A DNA stretch of 64,000 nucleotides from an uncultured virus (IMG/VR IMGVR_UViG_3300050020_000041) (lineage: Duplodnaviria; Heunggongvirae; Uroviricota; Caudoviricetes). The first letter of the stretch is position 1; every line of letters begins with the position of its first letter. The notes beneath the pieces were generated by a model that worked only from the letters and a program-made list of their open reading frames with translations, was not told where the DNA came from and ran no database searches. Location: positions 1 to 64,000 of the IMG/VR virus record IMGVR_UViG_3300050020_000041; one strand, 5' to 3'. Below, piece after piece: positions 56,470 to 64,000 of this stretch. A program made the translations under genes and the position numbers.

Positions 56470-58626
56470 ATGAATACCTACACACCGAATAATACGTACC
56501 ATAATCCGTTATCCAAACTGGCTGATGGAGATCCGTTAAATGATGCCTTCATCAATTTGCTAGCGAAAGATGCGGCAGACAATGCCGAGTATGCCATTAA
56601 CGCTGGTCAAAGTCTGTTTAAGGAGATATTCCATAAAGCATTGGGAGGAATGTCCGTCGGTGTAGATCTGGCAATCCCCGGAGCCGTGACGGTTACGCAG
56701 GCGGGAAGAATCCTGTATAAGAACATGTACCTTGATGTCGTTACGCAGACACTATCTGGTACGGCGGTAAACGGAGATAAGATTTTTGCAACGTTTACTG
56801 TGAGTGGAAAGACTTATTCAGGAGTCCTTTCAAGAAATGCTACGATGCCAGCAGATACGTCCACGGTGTTTCACCTGCAAATAGCAAGTGTAATAAGCGG
56901 AGCTATTCAATGGTCGGTACCGCACACTACGAATACAAGTCTGGTCGCAGAGATCTGGAGTCAGATGCACCTTCCGAATACGGATACGTTCACTTCGGCA
57001 AAGAAGTTTTATGTAGGCGGTCCTGCGGGAACCGGAGTCGAAGTAGTACTAAAACCTACTCCGCCTGTAGACATTTTTAATTTCAGAGTTACGAGCATCA
57101 TAGGAACTAAGCTTGTGAATGTCGATGATATAAATAGACTGCTGGTAGCAAGAGATTTGGTATCGGCATATTCCAACAGATTGAAGGTGAAACTGGCGTG
57201 GGGTTATGAGGGAACTGTTCAGGGTGTCCTGACAGGTGATTTATTTCAGATAACCGGCGTGGAAGTTCTGGATGATGCCTTCATGGGCGCATGGGTTTAC
57301 TATACGGAAAGCGGTTTCACGTTATCTGCAAAAGTAACGACTAGCGGGGCAACCGAACACGGAACAACCGATTTAGTTTTGGAAGATGAGAATGGAGATC
57401 CGATAAGTCTCGGGACGAAAAGTATAACCGGAACAAAGTTTGCGACGATACATTTCAATGCAGATCATTATGAGATTGCAGCAGTCCCGGTAGTAGGCGG
57501 AGTGCCTCAGATTACTGACAGAGTGGAGAGAACCACCGACTATGCTACCGATCATACGAAAATGGAAACATGGCTTGAGCTGGAAGTAGCGACTTTGTAT
57601 GATATTTATATACGTGGTGTAAAGAACGGACTCCCTGGAAATTATATTATGCTGCCGGCGGGAAGACTTTTAGCTAAGTTTCCGGATATCGACAGCGCTG
57701 GAGCTGCGTTGACTCTGACACAGAGCAAGAATGGTTTTGATATTGCGATTACAGGATGGGATGCGGCTGAGAAATACGAAGCATGTTTCACCACTTCTGG
57801 AGTGGCTGATTTTGCGAATGCGAATCACCTGACTCAGGTGTTCTCGGGAAAAACATGTCAGATATCGACTAATGCATCTGCGACTTATAGCTGCAAGGTG
57901 CGTCCGCTAATATCAGGTCAGCAGGTCGGGGCATCGCTCGTAGGTTCAGTTACCTCTGGTTCGGCAGGAATACCGCCTAATGCAGTTCCTATCGTATCGT
58001 CTTATATTGACATCAGAAGCTACGGTTGCGTAATTACAATGATTCATGATTATGTAGGAGTGATCTCAGCTGTGACGGTTCAGATGGTGCCTGGTACAGG
58101 CGGTTATAGTGTCACGAGCTTACCCGGCGCAGTGGTCGGAGAAGTTATCAGCATTCTCGTATCAGGCACATTGATAGACTACATGATAATGTATGCGGAT
58201 GGAAATACTATTCAGCTTGGAAGTATGAACGGTGTAACGACATGGCCGTCAACAGGTGCGCATGATGCTCTGATAGCCGGTTCTAAAAGAGGGAGACAGA
58301 TCCTGAGAGTAAATAAGTTACCCATTGACTATCAGCTCATCAAAATCGACTTTGACTGCGATGCTCACATGGGAGAGGACGTTACGCTCAGGGTATATCA
58401 GGAAGGAAACGAGGCTCAGTATGATTCGATACCAACGATCAATGCAAGTGACAGCGTATTCACTAATGACGCGGACTTGATAATCTCGCAGACTCACGGA
58501 GAAAGAAATTTAATTGCAGATGTATGGGATGCAGTAGCTGGGCTTAATAGAGGCGGCATCAGTGGCCGATTAACGATATATGCGATTCCGCTAAGCACTT
58601 CAGTAAGGGAGAATAGTGCGTTATGA
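56470..58626 (+). CDS. Tail fibre/baseplate-associated structural protein
   Basis: 718 aa, G/T/V-rich beta character, precedes the long fibre gene. Confidence 0.55.
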   Translation: MNTYTPNNTYHNPLSKLADGDPLNDAFINLLAKDAADNAEYAINAGQSLFKEIFHKALGGMSVGVDLAIPGAVTVTQAGRILYKNMYLDVVTQTLSGTAVNGDKIFATFTVSGKTYSGVLSRNATMPADTSTVFHLQIASVISGAIQWSVPHTTNTSLVAEIWSQMHLPNTDTFTSAKKFYVGGPAGTGVEVVLKPTPPVDIFNFRVTSIIGTKLVNVDDINRLLVARDLVSAYSNRLKVKLAWGYEGTVQGVLTGDLFQITGVEVLDDAFMGAWVYYTESGFTLSAKVTTSGATEHGTTDLVLEDENGDPISLGTKSITGTKFATIHFNADHYEIAAVPVVGGVPQITDRVERTTDYATDHTKMETWLELEVATLYDIYIRGVKNGLPGNYIMLPAGRLLAKFPDIDSAGAALTLTQSKNGFDIAITGWDAAEKYEACFTTSGVADFANANHLTQVFSGKTCQISTNASATYSCKVRPLISGQQVGASLVGSVTSGSAGIPPNAVPIVSSYIDIRSYGCVITMIHDYVGVISAVTVQMVPGTGGYSVTSLPGAVVGEVISILVSGTLIDYMIMYADGNTIQLGSMNGVTTWPSTGAHDALIAGSKRGRQILRVNKLPIDYQLIKIDFDCDAHMGEDVTLRVYQEGNEAQYDSIPTINASDSVFTNDADLIISQTHGERNLIADVWDAVAGLNRGGISGRLTIYAIPLSTSVRENSAL

Positions 58627-61600
58627 TAGGCATTACGTATAATGACGATTCCGTTATTATCTATGGTCAGAAGTTCGGTTCCAATGGATTGCCGGACGTT
58701 GGCGTAGAGGTAGTCATATATGATCCTGCCCTCGCGAAAGTGGTCGCAAGGGACGTAACCAGACTATATGGCAAGTATTCCCTGGTGGTCCCGAAAGACG
58801 AGATACCCGACGGTAAATATGAATTAAGATTCTACGGTGGCGGGTATCTGCCTAAGTTAGTACCGGATGGAGATTGGGAATCATTCCAGGTAGGAAGCGG
58901 TACGAGTTTCGGGGCGATTGCACTGAATTCGAACTGTGGCGGCATTTTCAAGCGTTATGAAGATGGCTCGATAACACCAAGTTCCACGATTGTTACATGT
59001 TCTGTTACGAACATCTCGCCCACAAATTTTATATGGACAAAGAATGGTGTCACTCAATCGGGACACACGTCAACGCTAACTGTTCTGGCAACGGATTTCA
59101 GCAGCGATCTGATTGTAATAACTTGTACGGTAGAAGGATTGCTGGATGGAAGAGTTATGACTCCGATGATGGATGTTCTAACGCTTACGCGGTTAACGGA
59201 TGGCTCCGGAGCCTATTCAGTAATTCTCTCAAATGAAGTTCTGGTCATTGCTACTGATAAAGATGGCAATAACCCGGTACCGTCATCAGGTTACACAGAT
59301 GTTCAGCTTTTCAAGGGCATCAATGAAATAACGCCGACATTCTCAGAGGAAGATTCGTCAGCCTACGGCTGTAACGCAGCCATACCTGAAGACGGCTCCC
59401 GGATAACCATTGACATGTTTACGGCCGACACGGGCTATGCGGATATTGTCATTCTGGATGGCTCGACATATGTAACTACGAAACGATTCAGTTTTGTAAA
59501 GTCCAAACAGGGGGCGACAGGTGCGGCAGGAGCTAACGGAATTAACGGACCAGGCGTAACGTATAGGGGAACTTACGATCCGGCGAAAACATATCGCGCG
59601 ACTAATGATTTCAGAGATGTAGTTAGATACAGAGTTTTAATAACAGATCCTTGGGTTTATTATTTCTGCAAGGTTGATAACTCGACCGGAACATTCGATC
59701 TGACACACTGGACAGCCCTTGCATATTTCGAGACAGTAGCAACGGGACTGCTCTTAACAGATGATGCGGTTATAACTCATTGCCTGACATTGGGTACAGA
59801 TGGAGCTTACAGCGGAATCCTACGCTCAGCTAATGCCACAGCCGCTTTGGCTGGTAATGGTCTTTTTATGTCCGACTCGACAAATGGAATTTTCAGAGTA
59901 GGCTCGGTAGTCTCGGGCGCGCTGAGTAAAGGAATTTACTGGGATGGCTCGGACATACAGGTGCAGAGCGCCAATTTTATATTACAGCAAGGCAAGTTAT
60001 GGGCAAATTCAGGTGGATTTGGTGGCTCATTTCTGACTCCCTCGATTGCTCTGAACTCCACCGGAATAACAGTCGGCAATAAGATAGTAATTACGGACTC
60101 GACAACGATATTCGATGATCCGACAGCTCTCAGGGGTGCCAATGCTCTGCCAGTTTTCTCCCCGCTTGCTTCGTATTGGAATGTAACAGCTCTTGTTTTG
60201 GGTGGTGCGACGATTACGGGTGGCGCTTTGGACTTGAGTACAGGAAAAGAACAAGCAGCGTATGATTTGACAACGGTTGCGCTGAAGACTGGAGCCACGG
60301 TGCCTGAAGGTGTTCCGGGAACAGCGAGCACTTATGTCCTTTCATTCAGGGCGAAGTCAAATGCTATCGGTGCTCAGGCTGGCGAAGCTTATGTAAACAT
60401 AAAGGACTCGGCTACCGGAACGTTGTTAAAGAAGGTGGGATTAAACTATGGAACGCTCCATACGGTCGTTATAGATCCGTATCTAGCCGAATACGAGTAT
60501 TCGAACATAATGAGCGACTGGAATAATGTCACCATAAGTTTTCAGCACACGTCCAATGCCTTCAAGCTCGAATTTGTGGTCCGTAGCGGAGATGCGGTTT
60601 ATGGAGAGGACTGTGACTTTGACAATGAACTGTTTGTCGATCAGATATATCTGACAGCGTATGCACCGAAAGTTATTCTGAGTGGACAAGGACTTCTGGT
60701 TTATCAGACGCCGCAAAGTTATTTTAAGATGAGTGCCAGCGAATTTGTCTTTAAGGGAATGGACGTGGAAGTGGAATCCCTCACGGTAAGAGGCAATATC
60801 TACCTGGCAGGCAGCACTTACGCTGCGGCAAGCAATTTAATGGGGACTACGAGTCCGATATTTACAATAGGTGTAGGCGGTAGTTCTCTGACCAAACTGA
60901 TTTTCGATAACACCGTTCAGGGCATATTGTCTTACAACGGAACGATCTTCAGCCTGTCAAGAGGTCTTTCGGTATCAGGCGGCATAACGCTAAGCAGTCT
61001 TGTAAGTGGATTTCTGAAAACCGACGCAAGTGGTGTGCTCTCAACGTTAGCTCAGCTGAGCAACGCGGATATTGCAAGTGCTGCGGCAATAGCATGGACT
61101 AAGATAAGTAAGGCAGGCTCGAATCTGACTGATATGGCTACGAGAAATCACTCGGATTTGTCGGGAGTCGGAACAAATGCACATTCAGTAATAGATACGC
61201 ATATAGCCACAACAGGCGATGCGACGATTCATCATGTCCACAGCAATAAGACGTATCTGGACGCAATTAACCAGGCACTTGCTACAACAAGTATCGTCAC
61301 CTTTTCGTATTTAACTACCGCGCACGATGCTACGATAAATGGAATTGTAAATGTAAACCCGCCGTCTCCTGTTGCGCCCTTCGTCCTGAATTCTAATGCA
61401 CGGGGACATCTGGTAACGGGGTTGAACGCCGATCAGGTGGATGGATTTGATTTGAACCAAGCATTGCTCACCACGAGCAGTCCGACATTTTCCGCGCTGA
61501 CGATTACAAATGATTTGACCATAGGTGGCTGTTTTACTGTCAATGGTACTACGGTAACGATCAATGCTACGACCTTAACAGTTGATGACAAGAACATTGA

Positions 61601-64000
61601 GATTGGCTCAGTTAATACGCCCACGGATGCGACAGCAAATGGAGGCGGTCTGACATTAAGGGGTACGATAGACAAAACGATTATGTGGGACAGTACGAAT
61701 AATAACTGGACCGCGAGTGAGAACTGGAACTTATTAACCGGAAAAGTATTCAAGATAAATAACGTCCAGGTATTAAGCGCAACTGCTTTGGGGAATGGTG
61801 TGTTGGCATCCTATCTGACCTCAGTCGGAGTCTTGACTTCATTGGCGGTTGCGGGGGATGCTGTATTCGGCACTGGCACGCACAAGTTGACAGTTTCAAC
61901 GTTTAACGGCAATGCCATGTGGATAGATATGCCGACCACCGGCCCATCCGGCATAGGCAGTGGCGGAGCGGGTGCAGATGCATGGATTGCTTATGTGCAA
62001 ATCCCAGGACATTGGTTCGACGACTCGGAAAGCGGGGACATAGCATATCGGAACACGTCGGGAAGACTTTTATTCGGAACTAATGGCGTGTCGCCAACGC
62101 TTATCGTACAAGGCGAGTGTGTCGGTATCAATGTGATGTCGCCAGCTGTAGCCCTGGATGTGGACGGTGGCATTCGACTATCGGGATATTTAGAAGTGCA
62201 TGACCTTGGAGCTAATGGGAATGACGGGGATGTCACGATCTCGGGCTGGGGAGAAATGATCAGGTTCGGTGACTCGGAGTTACATTACGAGAGTGATACT
62301 CATTATTTTCACAATGCCGCCGGTTCGGACTATAGACTGACAATCGTCAATACTGGTGTGGGCATAGGGCGTCCAGATGCAGCGACCAGATTACATGTCG
62401 GGGATAACGACTCCCAGAATACTGTAAGGGTAATGGGGCACGGTGCAAATAAAGCGGCGGTTGTATCGTTATTCAATTATGGTAATAGGGAAGGGTTCAT
62501 TGCTCAGACAGCGGGAAGTTTATATATCGGAAATGCGAGCGGATTAGCCAACTACAATGATGCAACCATTATTGCAGGGGCGAACATTACGATTACGAAT
62601 GCTGGTAAAGTTGGAATCGGAATGACTCCGGATAACAAGCTGGATGTTAATGGTGAGATATTCATCCCGAATAACAATGGCTTGCTATCCAAGAATACAT
62701 CGGGAACCGTAGTCCCCCTGATTAAACTGACGGCTTCGAATAATTTAAGATTGTTGACAGGCTTCAACTCGAACATCGAGATCTTTAACACAGCACAGGA
62801 TACCCAGTTAGTTACGTTTACGAATGCAGGATATGTAGGTATCGGCTGTATTCCAGCGGTTACCTTGGAGGTGAATGGAACTTCTTATTTCGGAGTACCG
62901 GGTGCCACTCGGGTTAGTATAACTGGTGGCGGGTATATTGGAACGATAAGTCCCTCTGCCAATGATAATATAATAGTAAGAGCAAAAGGCACTGGTTCAG
63001 TCTTCGTCGGCTATGGAAATGGTTCGGGCGGGCTAAGAATTTATGATGGCGGCACAGCAAACATAGGTAGCTGGATAAGTGGAAGTACCGCCAATTCATA
63101 TCTGAATGCGAATGGTGGCAACGTAGGCGTTGGACTCTCCGGCCCCACCTATCATTTGGAAGTTAGGGGTGGCTCGGCAGGCGGTAATGTGGCACTTTTC
63201 GAGGGGAATAATGCATCAGATGGCTCAGGTGCGTCGTTCTGTATGAAGGCAGATAGTTATAATGGAGTCTTCTCCGCAAAGAACTACAAGGGTGCTTATG
63301 ATGCCGGAATAAATTTGATTCAGGATGGAAGTTTAGCAGCAAGAAGATATTCGTTACTTGTTCAAGCTAGTACAGGCAATTTGCTTTTCGCTACGGACAC
63401 GTCAAATAGTTTTAGTGGTCTGGCAGGGACGGTATTAGCAGCGCTTACATCGACAGGTAATTTCGGTCTGGGAATTATAGCAGCAACAGCCAAGATCCAT
63501 ATTTCCGGAAATGGTGGGTGGGCATCTGCAATCCGTATGGACAATACGTCAGGGCATAACTGGTCAATGTATCCGACCGCCTCGTATTACACGATAAATG
63601 ATGAGACAGCTGGTGTGGCAAGGATATCAATAGATAATACTGGTAATGTCGGCATTGGCAGGAACCCTGGCGCTAAGCTGGATGTCAATGGAGATCTTAG
63701 AGTATCACAAGGGACAGGCACTTCAGCGGTTCCATACATAAGACTGTATAACACCGATACAGGCGGTTGGATGTGGCGTATTGGTTTGCATAGCAGTGAT
63801 TTTTATATAGGCGCAGCAAATGATACCGACCAGTTGCTGACCATTAGTAGTGCGGGCATCGTAACGATTAAGAGTACCGCAGACTCAGCGTTAACAAATT
63901 GTGGCGGAATTAGCAAGAATGATTTCGCTTCTCAGACAACAGGTTATCGCATAACCCAGCATGGTGATGCCGATTTCAGGTCGATTTATGCTGATCAGTT
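58623..64000 (+). CDS. Very long tail fibre / receptor-binding protein (partial, 3' truncated)
   Basis: ATGA overlap at 58623 (MIGITYNDDSVIIYGQKFGSNG...); same frame still reading at the window end (...GYRITQHGDADFRSIYADQ). Its absence from the ORF track is consistent with no stop inside the window. Contains GATGAAGANG, TTLTVDDKNIEIG and repeated G(N/K/Y)VGIG...L(D/E)V.G units. Confidence 0.8.
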   Translation, partial: MIGITYNDDSVIIYGQKFGSNGLPDVGVEVVIYDPALAKVVARDVTRLYGKYSLVVPKDEIPDGKYELRFYGGGYLPKLVPDGDWESFQVGSGTSFGAIALNSNCGGIFKRYEDGSITPSSTIVTCSVTNISPTNFIWTKNGVTQSGHTSTLTVLATDFSSDLIVITCTVEGLLDGRVMTPMMDVLTLTRLTDGSGAYSVILSNEVLVIATDKDGNNPVPSSGYTDVQLFKGINEITPTFSEEDSSAYGCNAAIPEDGSRITIDMFTADTGYADIVILDGSTYVTTKRFSFVKSKQGATGAAGANGINGPGVTYRGTYDPAKTYRATNDFRDVVRYRVLITDPWVYYFCKVDNSTGTFDLTHWTALAYFETVATGLLLTDDAVITHCLTLGTDGAYSGILRSANATAALAGNGLFMSDSTNGIFRVGSVVSGALSKGIYWDGSDIQVQSANFILQQGKLWANSGGFGGSFLTPSIALNSTGITVGNKIVITDSTTIFDDPTALRGANALPVFSPLASYWNVTALVLGGATITGGALDLSTGKEQAAYDLTTVALKTGATVPEGVPGTASTYVLSFRAKSNAIGAQAGEAYVNIKDSATGTLLKKVGLNYGTLHTVVIDPYLAEYEYSNIMSDWNNVTISFQHTSNAFKLEFVVRSGDAVYGEDCDFDNELFVDQIYLTAYAPKVILSGQGLLVYQTPQSYFKMSASEFVFKGMDVEVESLTVRGNIYLAGSTYAAASNLMGTTSPIFTIGVGGSSLTKLIFDNTVQGILSYNGTIFSLSRGLSVSGGITLSSLVSGFLKTDASGVLSTLAQLSNADIASAAAIAWTKISKAGSNLTDMATRNHSDLSGVGTNAHSVIDTHIATTGDATIHHVHSNKTYLDAINQALATTSIVTFSYLTTAHDATINGIVNVNPPSPVAPFVLNSNARGHLVTGLNADQVDGFDLNQALLTTSSPTFSALTITNDLTIGGCFTVNGTTVTINATTLTVDDKNIEIGSVNTPTDATANGGGLTLRGTIDKTIMWDSTNNNWTASENWNLLTGKVFKINNVQVLSATALGNGVLASYLTSVGVLTSLAVAGDAVFGTGTHKLTVSTFNGNAMWIDMPTTGPSGIGSGGAGADAWIAYVQIPGHWFDDSESGDIAYRNTSGRLLFGTNGVSPTLIVQGECVGINVMSPAVALDVDGGIRLSGYLEVHDLGANGNDGDVTISGWGEMIRFGDSELHYESDTHYFHNAAGSDYRLTIVNTGVGIGRPDAATRLHVGDNDSQNTVRVMGHGANKAAVVSLFNYGNREGFIAQTAGSLYIGNASGLANYNDATIIAGANITITNAGKVGIGMTPDNKLDVNGEIFIPNNNGLLSKNTSGTVVPLIKLTASNNLRLLTGFNSNIEIFNTAQDTQLVTFTNAGYVGIGCIPAVTLEVNGTSYFGVPGATRVSITGGGYIGTISPSANDNIIVRAKGTGSVFVGYGNGSGGLRIYDGGTANIGSWISGSTANSYLNANGGNVGVGLSGPTYHLEVRGGSAGGNVALFEGNNASDGSGASFCMKADSYNGVFSAKNYKGAYDAGINLIQDGSLAARRYSLLVQASTGNLLFATDTSNSFSGLAGTVLAALTSTGNFGLGIIAATAKIHISGNGGWASAIRMDNTSGHNWSMYPTASYYTINDETAGVARISIDNTGNVGIGRNPGAKLDVNGDLRVSQGTGTSAVPYIRLYNTDTGGWMWRIGLHSSDFYIGAANDTDQLLTISSAGIVTIKSTADSALTNCGGISKNDFASQTTGYRITQHGDADFRSIYADQ

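Noticed and set aside
328..63544. Numerous minus-strand and nested ORFs in the track (e.g. 46858-47742, 591-1097)
   Set aside because: They are shadows of long + strand genes with no recognisable motifs.
1..64000. tRNA genes, DGR reverse transcriptase, integrase, alternative genetic code
   Set aside because: No cloverleaf, RT or recombinase motifs noticed by eye; genes are full-length and tightly packed in the standard code with all three stop codons used.

Overview
This 64 kb window is a segment of a large contractile-tailed (myovirus-like) dsDNA phage genome. Essentially all genes are on the + strand and read in the standard code. Gene order: (1) replication/recombination block, about 1-11.2 kb (primase C-terminus, two PD-(D/E)xK resolvase-like proteins, gp32-like SSB, SF2 helicase, RecA, Tad1-like protein, GroES, Cas4-like nuclease, OB-fold SSB); (2) putative modification cluster, about 11.2-22 kb (three GT-B glycosyltransferases, PIG-L deacetylase, QueC-like ATPase, two ParB-like proteins, GT2 + kinase-like fusion); (3) packaging and a T4-like head; (4) neck, sheath, two tube genes, frameshifted tail chaperone, tape measure, baseplate and a >1790-codon tail fibre running off the window. 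The most striking feature is a terminase large subunit fractured into two genes by a naturally split intein (97-aa IntN, 36-aa IntC). The halves are separated by two ORFs with no recognisable homing-endonuclease motif, and the locus is flanked by two related micro-ORFs. Also notable: a phage-encoded protein with a T9SS-type C-terminal sorting domain, a recurrent bipartite intergenic element, and a baseplate wedge gene split inside a helical insertion. All annotations come from motif recognition by eye; no database searches were run.
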